IMG/VR virus record: IMGVR_UViG_3300001598_000001
Coordinates: 67,490 to 131,489 of that record
DNA length: 64,000 bases
Reading direction: 5' to 3' (one strand)
Source of the DNA: a virus
Taxonomy: Duplodnaviria > Caudoviricetes
The notes beneath the pieces were generated by a model that saw only the letters and a list, made by a program, of their open reading frames with translations, did not search any database and was not told where the DNA came from. Shown piece by piece: positions 1-8,923 of the stretch. Both the position numbers and the translations under genes were made by a program. Each line of letters starts with the position of its first letter. Within the stretch, counting starts at the first letter, position 1.

Positions 1-64
1 CTGTAAAACACCAATATGTATTAGACAAGTGTAAGAACTGTCCCGCTTATAAACCTAATAAATA

Positions 65-106
65 AACGTTTGGGCTTGGGTATATCCCAAGCTCATTTGT
101 TTATTT
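65..106 (+). terminator. Probable intrinsic terminator after a gene ending at ~65
   Basis: Hairpin TGGGCTTGGG-tatat-CCCAAGCTCA followed by T-rich tract. Confidence 0.55.
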
Positions 107-174
107 TCTACACAAGGTTATCAAGCGAGTTAAATAATTTTGTGTAGAAAGTAAATAAATAGGAGGAAACTATA

Positions 175-549
175 ATGTTTATATTATCAATAGAGAACAT
201 TTCAAATATTTGCACTTTAATTGGTTTAATTGTTGGTTTAGTTGGTGCTATTGCTGCATTAATTCCAACACTTATTAAACTTGGTAAAGCATTAAAAGAA
301 ATTATTAACGATAAAAATTGGACTAAGATTAAAGAAATTGCAGATGCTGCAATGAAAGTTGCAGAAGAAACTGGCGCTAGCGGAGCTGATAAATTAACTA
401 TGGTTATTGCTTCTGTTAAAGCAGGTTGCGAAAAATGTGATATTATATTAGATGAAAATTTAGTAAATAATTTAATCACTTATATTAATAATACTATTGC
501 ATGGTTTAATAGTATGAAAGAAATTACAGAACAAACAGAAGGAGAATAA
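175..549 (+). CDS. Putative holin (LL-H-like), 124 aa
   Basis: AGGAGG RBS; N-terminal hydrophobic helix followed by AMKVAEETGASGADK, resembling the AE..G.G.K motif of LL-H-type holins. Confidence 0.5.
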   Translation: MFILSIENISNICTLIGLIVGLVGAIAALIPTLIKLGKALKEIINDKNWTKIKEIADAAMKVAEETGASGADKLTMVIASVKAGCEKCDIILDENLVNNLITYINNTIAWFNSMKEITEQTEGE

Positions 550-554
550 CTATT

Positions 555-839
555 ATGACATTAGCAGAATTGTTAAAAAAACAAAAACTATATGAGGATC
601 AACACAAAGAAAAAAAGCCTATTAAGGAACCAAAAAAGAAAATAGAGCCAAAAGTTGAAGAAAAACCAATAGATATAGAGGAAAGTAAAAAGGAAGAAGA
701 AAAAAATATAGATGATAAACCTGTGAAAAAGGAACCAAAAAAGAAAGTTGAAAAACCTGAATCACGTGTTTATATGGTAACAGAAGATATTGATCACGTT
801 AATGAAGAAAAAGTAGAAGAAGATCACTTTGAATTTTAG
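555..839 (+). CDS. Hypothetical K/E/P-rich protein, 94 aa
   Basis: GGAG RBS, open frame, low-complexity EPKKK repeats, ends DHFEF. Confidence 0.75.
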   Translation: MTLAELLKKQKLYEDQHKEKKPIKEPKKKIEPKVEEKPIDIEESKKEEEKNIDDKPVKKEPKKKVEKPESRVYMVTEDIDHVNEEKVEEDHFEF

Positions 840-847
840 TTTACCAT

Positions 848-881
848 TTCCTCTCGCCTAAGGGCGGGAGGATTTTTATTT
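848..881 (+). terminator. Intrinsic terminator
   Basis: TCCTCTCGCC-taag-GGCGGGAGGA hairpin then TTTTTATTT. Confidence 0.7.
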
Positions 882-900
882 ATTACAGGAGGGCGATTTT

Positions 901-1845
901 ATGGATAAAATCAGAGAAAATAAAGCTGCTGATGAACTTGTAACTATTATTCGTGAAATCGTTCAAGAGCAGTTAAATCAAAAAGATACAACCGTATTAG
1001 GCGAGGTTATTCAAAACAAAGGCAATAATCATGTCGATGTCTATATTTATCCTGATCGTGAGACAGTGGTACATAATATATTAAATAGTAGTGGATATAA
1101 TTTATTACCAGGAGATTTTGTTCATATTTATAAGGTTGGAAATCAAATTTCAAAAGCTTTTATTATTAGTAAAATTGTTCCATATACTGGTATTATTAAT
1201 AACACAATTAATCCAGTTGGAAACTCTAATACTGTTATATCTATAACTTCTGATTATTGGATTAGTTGAGAGAACAATCAATGGATGTTAAATATATCTC
1301 CAAAATTAATTAATAATATAACTAATTCTACTAATGTAGAATTTGGTATTATTCGTTATTTGACATCACAAACACACCAAGGTAACAAATATCGTAATTA
1401 TAATAAAAAAGGTTATACTAAAACCAAAATAATTAATTTTGTTAGTAATCAAAAACAGACACGTCCACGTGCTCAAGATTGGGTTGGCGGGACCTTTAAG
1501 AACATTGTTATAGATGTTGTATCAGGAATATATAAACTGAATATTACTGATTATATTAATAATTTAATTTATTATGATATAGGCAGTACTCGTAAAAGAT
1601 CTTGGATTAATAAGAATTCACGTGCGCGATATAATACTTATTTAAAACAGGGATATTGATATCGTAAATATGGATTTTGATTTAAAATTAACAATGGTAG
1701 AGAATATGTTGAAAATCAAAAAATTTTTGAAATTAGAAATTTTGATCAAAAAGTATTAAAACATATAACTGATTATGATAATTATATAATCGAGAATAAT
1801 AATAATCTTGAACAAAATATAATTATCAAATTGATTAAAAGATAA
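901..1845 (+). CDS. Hypothetical protein, 314 aa (TGA=Trp); possible virion/baseplate protein
   Basis: ORFs 901-1269 and 1285-1659 are in one frame joined across in-frame TGAs; ends TAA at 1843-1845; CAGGAGG RBS. Confidence 0.7.
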
Positions 1846-1985
1846 TTATTAAAGAAAGAATATTTTGTAAGCGCGCCAGGCGTCGGCCAGTAGTAGTCAT
1901 TTTTGTTTTCACACATGAGGGGTGGGGTTTAAATTATATTCTTTCTTAATATTATTATATATGAAATAAAAGGAGCATTTTATTT

Positions 1986-2663
1986 ATGGAGATTAAATTT
2001 AAAAAAAATATTGATCAATATAAATATTTAGTTATGTTTGATTTAGCCAGTAAAATTACTGGTGTCTGTTTATGAGATATTCAAAATCATAAACCTATAG
2101 AAACACAAATATTAAAAGTTACAGGAAAATACGAATTACCTGTTGCAGAATTATTTGAATTAATTCATAATTATTTTGGTTATTTACAACACGAATATCA
2201 TATTGATTTAAAAGATGTTCTTGTTGGAAAAGAAGCTATGCCAAGTCAATTGCATGGCGGATCATCTACTGTACAAACATTTATTGCACTTTCACGTAGT
2301 CACAGTATTTTAGATAATTATTTATATCAACATAATATTGATTGTTATGATTATAAAGGTGTCGCTCCAATTACAACACATGCTTATTATAAGCAACTAG
2401 CAAATCTTGATAGTAAAGCTAAAGTAGATAAAGAAATGATTAGACAATATTTGTATAATTTATATAATTTGACTACAATTACATTAGATGAATCAGATGC
2501 TATATTTTTAGCGAAGACTTTATTAGAAGTTAAATGAAATCGAGATTTAGACGAAGCAATTCGCGAAGAAAAAAGACACCGTAAAACATTAAAAGCGGCT
2601 CATGCGATTAATTTATCAGAAGAAGAAATAAAACGTCTTAAATCGCTTAAAAATGCGTTTTAA
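1986..2663 (+). CDS. RuvC-like (RNase H fold) Holliday junction resolvase, 225 aa (TGA=Trp)
   Basis: Motifs MFDLASKITGV, VGKEAM, DESDAIFLA give the D-E-DxxD acidic set; two in-frame TGAs. Confidence 0.7.
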
Positions 2664-2694
2664 GAGCATATTATAATTTACAGGAGGCCAGTTT

Positions 2695-3702
2695 ATGGGA
2701 CGTAGTACAGTATATAATGATAATTTGACTCAAAATTGGTCAAATGTATCACAACAAAATAAAAGATTAGTTAAAGACTTTTTACAATATTGTAAATCCA
2801 ATGATAAAAGTCCACAAACTCTTCATCAATATGAAGAGTGACTTAAAGTTTTCTTTTGTTGAAATTTTCAAGAAAACGAAGATAAATTTTTTATTGATTT
2901 AAAAAAGAGAGATTTTGTTTATTATTTTGGATGATGTAGAGAGTTAGGAATGAGTGCAAATCGTATTGCCGCACTTAAGTCTGTTCTTAGTAGTTTATCA
3001 TCTGAAATTGAATTATTATATGAAGATTTATATCCTAATTTTCATAATCAACTTAGAGGATTAGAACCTGTACATATTACTACTGTTCGTGAAAAAACAG
3101 TTTTATCAACAGAAGAAATTAATAACATTCTACAAACATTGGTAGAAAAGAAAGAATATCAATTAGCTTGTTATTTAGCATTGTTGTGTGCTTCTGGTGC
3201 TCGAAAAGCAGAAATGCTACAAATGCGACCTGATTTTTTCACTGAAAGCCACGAAGTTTTCGATGGATATATGTATTGCACTCCACCTATTAGATCTAAA
3301 GGAAGGGGAAAACAAGGAAAAATTATTAAAAAATATGTGATTAAAGAATTTTTTAAACCTTTTTTTGATTTATGAATGGAAGAACGTGAAAAAGAAAATA
3401 TTACATTGTCGAATTTATTTGTAACTAAAAAAGATGGTCAATACGTGGAAGCTACCACATCAACAGCTAATAGTTTTGCTGCAAAAATTTCGAAAATGTT
3501 TAATATAGATTATTATAACCACTCTGGTAGACATTATTTTTGTACATTATTAAAATCAATGAATTTACCAGATGATGTTATAGTACAAATTTTTAGTTGA
3601 AGTGACGGATCCATGGTTAAAATTTATGATGATACGCCAGTCGAAGAAAAATTAAATAAATTTTTTATGCAATTTAAAAAGGAAGAAATAAAAGGAGAAT
3701 AG
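2695..3702 (+). CDS. Tyrosine recombinase/integrase, 335 aa (TGA=Trp)
   Basis: Catalytic set R (SGAR), K (RSKG), HxxR (HSGR), H/W position (FS*SD, TGA), Y (KIYD); fragments 2950-3375 and 3376-3600 share the frame. Confidence 0.85.
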
Positions 3703-3704
3703 AT

Positions 3705-4343
3705 ATGGAAGAAAAAATTTTATTATCAGAGATATTATCTTTAGCTGTTCAAATGAGAACCAATCCTTCTGATGAAACAGCTAAACAATTAGATTCTATT
3801 ATTAATAAGTTAATAGTACGTACATACATACCTACCGCTAGCAAAGGGACAATAGCTGCTGCGATTATTGATTTAGTTGTTACACAACCTGAGCTTGATG
3901 CTATTACTGGAAGTATGCAATTATATATTGGTAAATATTTTTATGGAATTCTAGGTTATTTAGTTAATTGTGAAGACGATGTTAGTGTAAAACCAATTAC
4001 TACAGGTGTAGTTGATAATATGTTTTCTTCTGGTTTAATTGATTATGTTTTAAGATTTTGTAATAATGATTTCCAAAAACTAGAACATATGATTGATGAT
4101 TGTATGAATTTTAATAATATATTACGATTATTAGAATCTTGTTCTTATTTTAATAATGATAATTTAAATAAATATGAACAATTAATAAAGGATTTCCAAG
4201 AAACATTAACAGAACCTAAATTAAAATATTTAAATGATTTATTTATTAATCAATCAGATGATTTTAAGCAATTAAAGCAGTTATTAAGTGAAACTGCAAT
4301 GGATAGAGTAAATAATATTGAATTAGATTCTGTTAAAAAATAA
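3705..4343 (+). CDS. Hypothetical protein, 212 aa (possibly tail assembly chaperone)
   Basis: AAGGAG RBS, helical character, lies upstream of tape-measure region; function is inference. Confidence 0.7.
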   Translation: MEEKILLSEILSLAVQMRTNPSDETAKQLDSIINKLIVRTYIPTASKGTIAAAIIDLVVTQPELDAITGSMQLYIGKYFYGILGYLVNCEDDVSVKPITTGVVDNMFSSGLIDYVLRFCNNDFQKLEHMIDDCMNFNNILRLLESCSYFNNDNLNKYEQLIKDFQETLTEPKLKYLNDLFINQSDDFKQLKQLLSETAMDRVNNIELDSVKK

Positions 4344-4366
4344 AATATAATTTAAGGAGATTTTAT

Positions 4367-4684
4367 ATGATTTACCTCGGACCAATACAAAATTATGCTC
4401 CGAAAAAAGCGAAATATATTAGTTATCTATCACGTAAAATGGTAGATTCTTATGCGCAATTAAAATATGAAGTTTATCAAAATAAAAATAATACGCAGAT
4501 TAAAGAATTTGTAATTATTTGGTTTTGAGTTGACGACGGAGTATATTATTCTCATGTAATTCAATGAAACGAAAAGCATAATCATTGTATTAAGCACAAA
4601 GTTCATGAAATTATAACTGGAACAAATGATAATGATGAAAAAATATACGCATTTGTTAAAAGGAATTGAAAGAAGATTTGGTAA
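4367..4684 (+). CDS. Hypothetical protein, 105 aa (TGA=Trp), absent from ORF track
   Basis: TAAGGAGA RBS, ATG 4367, three in-frame TGAs, TAA 4682-4684. Confidence 0.65.
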
Positions 4685-4731
4685 AAAAAGGTAAAAACAA
4701 ACAAGAAGGAAAACTTGTAAAAACCATTTAT

Positions 4732-4805
4732 GTTGATTTAATTTAATGGAAGAATAGTTGTTCAGTAAACAATGCACATTGGTTCGATTCCAATAATCAA
4801 CGCCA
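4732..4805 (+). tRNA. tRNA-Thr(AGT), divergent (C33, G73)
   Basis: Acceptor GTTGATT/AATCAAC, anticodon arm GTTGT-TC AGT AA-ACAAT, T arm ATTGG-TTCGATT-CCAAT, encoded CCA. Confidence 0.6.
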
Positions 4806-4822
4806 TTATAAAAAAAATACAC

Positions 4823-4851
4823 TTGACAGTTTTTTAATTACCCAATATAAT
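4823..4851 (+). promoter_or_regulatory. Sigma-A-type promoter with CCCA before -10, driving RNA island
   Basis: TTGACA-17 nt-TATAAT. Confidence 0.8.
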
Positions 4852-4876
4852 ATTAATGTAACCGTTAAAAGGTTAA

Positions 4877-5054
4877 AATATTTATCAATACTTTTACTTA
4901 TCGAAATGAGTTTGATCAACTATGTTAATTGATAAGAGAGAACGCTGTAGAGTTGACACTACACTGGTATGAAAATTCGTATCAGATAAAAACAGAGGTT
5001 CGGATATGAGAAGAGTAATTATCTTCCTAAAAGATTAGTTCAAAGATAAATATT
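4877..5054 (+). ncRNA. Putative structured ncRNA (~180 nt), unassigned
   Basis: Perfect 10-bp terminal pairing AATATTTATC/GATAAATATT enclosing hairpins such as CTGGTATGAA/TTCGTATCAG; no ORF; directly after promoter. Confidence 0.4.
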
Positions 5055-5058
5055 ATAT

Positions 5059-5153
5059 AGGGGCTTAGTGTAGTGGTAGCACACGAGACTTCAAATCTCG
5101 GGTAACAGCGTCCAAAGCTGCGGGTGTGGGTTCGATTCCTACAGCCCCTGCCA
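5059..5153 (+). tRNA. Opal-decoding tRNA-Trp(TCA) with 25-nt variable region
   Basis: Acceptor AGGGGCT/AGCCCCT, G73, CCA; anticodon arm CGAGA-CT TCA AA-TCTCG; T arm GTGGG-TTCGATT-CCTAC. Confidence 0.9.
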
Positions 5154-5161
5154 TATATTTA

Positions 5162-5694
5162 AACAGTATAAATTTAAATATATTAGATCTCGGTGTAAAC
5201 CAGACAATCTGGCCGAGAGTTACAAAGTAATGGATAGGTTTAGAGGATACCCTAAACTGAAAACCAAGATTATTATAGTGATATAATATGAGAAGATACC
5301 AACTAGTATCAACAACGGGTAACGTGCTAATATAATATCGGAGATAAAACCTAAATCCAACGCTCTCGTAATAACTCGTCCATATGCTCATACCAGGTGG
5401 TGCTGATGGTCAACATATGGAAAAACCAACAAGAGAGAATGCCTTGATGTCTAGTAAGTAGACTATAAGTTGGGATAAGGACAAGTAGCTGAATGGCGGT
5501 TCGTATGAAAAAGTACATATTTCAAAATCTGAAAGTCGGTGAAAGTTAGAGGTACCCAGTCCTCTCGATGGTAAAAAGGGCAAGAAGCTTTATGGTCGCA
5601 ACTTAAAGCTCAGACTTGTTCTATTCGTAGTTTAACAATCAGATATTATAAGTGGTAAGACGAAGGTCTCTAATACATTTAAATTTATACTGTT
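5162..5694 (+). ncRNA. Large structured ncRNA (~530 nt), ROOL-like
   Basis: 26-bp terminal helix 5162-5187/5669-5694 with one mismatch; elevated GC, many internal hairpins, no credible ORF, adjacent to tRNAs; family name from size/context only. Confidence 0.6.
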
Positions 5695-5713
5695 AAAGAG
5701 CAGTTTAAGATAT

Positions 5714-5783
5714 GGTTTTGGCAGGATTCAGTTAAGACATCTGCAGTAAATCTTAATGGTTGGTTCAACTCCAACAAAAACCA
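5714..5783 (+). ncRNA. tRNA-like RNA lacking a D-stem
   Basis: GGTTTT/AAAACC acceptor-like pair, T arm GTTGG-TTCAACT-CCAAC, central TTAAGA/TCTTAA stem with 13-nt loop. Confidence 0.45.
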
Positions 5784-5850
5784 CTTATTCGGGTTCGGGA
5801 TATGTCCATAAGCATATCAGCTCGTTAGTCCTAAGGAGAAAAACAAAGTT

Positions 5851-6117
5851 ATGGATGAAAACAAAATTTTAACAGCAGTTGAAGCTCGTACATTAGTACA
5901 AAAATCAACAACATTAAGAAATCGTATTTACAAGTTTATTAATGAAGAAGCTCGTGAAGGTAGAACAACTCTTGAATATGGTCTTACTTATGAAGATTTT
6001 AATTTAAGACAAAGTTTAATCGCAGATTTAAGATCTAATGGTTACACTGTAGATTTAATTATTGAAGAACCATTTGATAGCGGTTTTGCTATGATGAAAA
6101 TTTCTTGGGCAGAATAA
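5851..6117 (+). CDS. Hypothetical protein, 88 aa
   Basis: TAAGGAGA RBS, open frame. Confidence 0.75.
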   Translation: MDENKILTAVEARTLVQKSTTLRNRIYKFINEEAREGRTTLEYGLTYEDFNLRQSLIADLRSNGYTVDLIIEEPFDSGFAMMKISWAE

Positions 6118-6138
6118 TAAATAATAGTAATAAATATC

Positions 6139-6168
6139 GACAAGATCTCTAAGATGAGATCTTGTTTT
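6139..6168 (+). terminator. Intrinsic terminator
   Basis: ACAAGATCTC-taagat-GAGATCTTGT then TTTT. Confidence 0.65.
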
Positions 6169-6190
6169 TATATCTAAGGAGGTAATTCTT

Positions 6191-7402
6191 ATGAGTAAAA
6201 AAATTAAATTAAATGAAATGAAAAATGTGGATCGTAAATTAGAAACTCCACTATTTGGAAGAAATGCTTATGTGCAATTATCTCCAATATCACAATTTCT
6301 ATATGATATTACAATTGATTGTGTAGATTATGATTATGCTAATAATTATTTTAAGCAACGTCAGGTTCCAATCAATAATAGTGGTTGTAGTGTAGTTTGT
6401 ACCGATAATTTTACTGGCAGAGATTTAGATTGGTTTTACAATTGAGATTGTGAATTTTGGGTTCACACACCAGCATGTGATGGACGTTATGCCTCAAATG
6501 GTACAGCTAGTTCTGTTCCTGGTCTTACTAAACAAATGGTAGAAAGCGGGCAATATTTATCTGCTTACAATATTTTACCATTTTTTATGGTAGATGGTAT
6601 TAATGAATATGGTGTTTATTGTAGTACTAATGTTGTTCCTGAAGAAAAAGGTAATACTACTATAACTATACCTACTGAATCAAAGACAGCAGAAATTTCT
6701 ATGAATATGGTAGTACGTTATGTTTTAGATCATTATAAAACCGCTCAAGAAGCTGTTGAAGATTTACAAAAACATATAGCAATTTATAAAACCACTGGTT
6801 TAAAAAAAGTTGGATATGATGCTCATTATGAAATTCGTGATACACAACATAAATATGTAGTAGAAATTATTGATAATCAAGTTCAATATCAAGAACAACC
6901 TTATATTACTAATTTTCATTGTATAGGTGTTACTACTAATAGTGATGGAAAAGTTTACACTCCAGCCACTCAAGATGATAGTCACAATGCATATATTACT
7001 AATCATATTACCAAGCACGGTAGTGGACTAGAAAGATGAAATGTAATAGTTGATAATTACAATACAGCGGATAATAAAGAAAACATGGTTGCTTTAATGA
7101 AAGATTCTCTTAATTATAAAAAAGCATATAGTACTTTTGAAGAAGTATCTGACCCATTTTGGAATACAGAATTTGTAGGGGTTAACTCTCATGGAGATTT
7201 ATGTGTAGATAGTCCAGAGGCTGATTATGATTATATTAAACAATACACTGGACAGTTGTTTATTAATAGAAATAGAAATCAAGATAAAATTGGTACTTGA
7301 CATACCACTCACACTTGTATTTATGATCACATAGAACATAAAACATATTTTTATGATTCTAGCGAAGATGGTGTTGAACATATAATTACTTGAGATTTTT
7401 AA
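6191..7402 (+). CDS. Ntn-hydrolase (choloylglycine hydrolase / linear amide C-N hydrolase-like), 403 aa (TGA=Trp)
   Basis: GCS nucleophile site followed by TGRDLDW, DGINEYG motif; three track ORFs in one frame joined by TGA. Confidence 0.75.
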
Positions 7403-7418
7403 AATTTTCCATTATAAT
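7390..7418 (+). promoter_or_regulatory. Sigma-A-type promoter
   Basis: TTGAGA-17 nt-TATAAT, preceded by TCCAT. Confidence 0.65.
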
Positions 7419-7431
7419 AATATTAGATAAA

Positions 7432-7617
7432 AATAGGTGAAAACATACATAACTTAACAATAGACCCTATAATAGTATAAGATGGTAAGAGGCTTGTACT
7501 GATAGTTATGACGAAAGTATAATTCAAGATGGAGATTAGATCCTCGTTCAATTATATCACATCGGTGAAAAGGGTTTCCCTATATTAGGTAGACAAACAC
7601 CGTAAGAAACATCTATT
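7432..7617 (+). ncRNA. Putative structured ncRNA (~185 nt), unassigned
   Basis: Terminal pairing AATAGGTG/CATCTATT, internal GACCCT/AGGGTT; begins just after promoter; no ORF. Confidence 0.35.
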
Positions 7618-7679
7618 ATTTGGTGAACTGTTGAAGGTTTTAAATGTAAGTTAGGTTGACGTGCTTACAGCCAAATCAT

Positions 7680-7752
7680 GGGGATGCGTAGATCGTCTGT
7701 TATATTCATGTATAACAAAAACAAGAGGGGCAGCTCCTCTTCATCTCCACCA
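7680..7752 (+). ncRNA. Ala-accepting tRNA-like RNA resembling an isolated tmRNA tRNA-like domain
   Basis: GGGGATG/CATCTCC with G3-U70, A73, CCA; no D-stem; T-loop GGCAGCT; 7-bp TGTTATA/TATAACA hairpin where the mRNA domain would be. Confidence 0.6.
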
Positions 7753-7951
7753 AAAAGCTGACCGACAAAAGTCATTAAACTGCTCCATACATACTTTCAT
7801 GCGATGGTTAATTGAGAAGAGAAAGCGAAGTTAGAAGATTAAAATATCATTCTTCAAATTAGGTACTTTGGATAATTAAAAGCCTATATTTCATTATATG
7901 TAATAAAAATAGGATTTTATTACAATCATTAATCAACAGGAGGATTTAACA

Positions 7952-8287
7952 ATGAAATATTATAGTGAAAAAGTAAAAAAACTTTTTGATTCTGAAAAAG
8001 AATTAGAAACAGCAGAAAAAGAATTTGATGCTAAAGAATTAGAAGAAAAGAAAAAATTAGAAGCTAAAAAAGCTAGAGCAACTGAAGTAGAAGATGCCTA
8101 TAAACATTCTATTGAAGTTAGAAAAGAAGCGCAAAAATTAATTGATGAAGCTGATAATGCTTATTATGATTTAAGAGATGCTTTTGTTAAAGATTATGGT
8201 TCTTTCCATATGACATACAAAGATTCTAGCGAAAAACCAGTTACATTATCTTCTTTTTTTGATATTTTTGATAAATTTTGGTTTTAA
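7952..8287 (+). CDS. Hypothetical coiled-coil protein, 111 aa
   Basis: CAGGAGG RBS, open frame. Confidence 0.8.
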   Translation: MKYYSEKVKKLFDSEKELETAEKEFDAKELEEKKKLEAKKARATEVEDAYKHSIEVRKEAQKLIDEADNAYYDLRDAFVKDYGSFHMTYKDSSEKPVTLSSFFDIFDKFWF

Positions 8288-8288
8288 T

Positions 8289-8730
8289 TATTAAAGTGGT
8301 GTTCCGCTACCATTAAAGGCGAATTATGATGATGAATTAAAATTGGTGAAAACAACCAACCATTTCTCAGGTAGAGATAGACTGAATCGTTAGCGAAGGA
8401 TAGGTCGAGAACAAGTGTGATAGCATGCATACCAGAGGACCGAATGAGGGTGCATGTGCTGGCTAGAGGCAGAGAGCCCTGAAGAATATGCCGATGAGGA
8501 ACTTGCAACTAACTTTGATATTTTATGTGGTTGAGAACAAGTTTAGGTAGATGCTGAATTCCACGTTATAGCGAGATTACAAAATCACGTGCGAACCCAT
8601 AAAGCAGCCAAAAATATCTCAATTCTTCTGAATGATCGTTGACGGTCTATAATAGATAGGACTTATAGAAGAGAGATTCAGCCAAGAGGTGTTTGTGAGA
8701 AGGAAAACTCACCCTATCAAATAAACCTCT
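8289..8730 (+). ncRNA. Putative structured ncRNA region (one or more RNAs)
   Basis: GC-enriched non-coding stretch; TATTAAAGT/ACTTTGATA closes 8289-8520; hairpins e.g. TAGCATGCAT/GTGCATGTGCTG, GAGGT/ACCTC. Confidence 0.4.
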
Positions 8731-8849
8731 CAAATTGGAGCAAAGTAGTGACCACTTACGGCATAGCGGAATGGACTGCTGTATAAAAGGTCGGTGTTAT
8801 TCCTACCCGCTTTCATGGCAATGCAAAAAGGAATTACGTTTTAATATAT

Positions 8850-8923
8850 CGCAGGGTAGAGTAGTGGTTACTCAGTGGGCCCATAACCCACTCAGGCGAG
8901 TTCAATTCTCACCCCTGCAACCA
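8850..8923 (+). tRNA. Initiator tRNA-fMet(CAT)
   Basis: C1:A72 mismatch, GGG/CCC anticodon stem pairs, loop CC CAT AA, CCA end. Confidence 0.9.

Noticed and set aside
1870-1900. ZTP or SAH riboswitch fragment (GCCGACGCCTGG / GCCAGGCGTCGG)
   Set aside because: Partner strands of either aptamer not found; downstream gene unrelated
8289-8730. RNase P, SRP or raiA-motif RNA
   Set aside because: No GAGGAAAGTCC or SRP GGAAGGAAGCAG core; only short raiA-like words (TGTGGTTGA, TCCACGT, CAACTAACTT) in non-matching order
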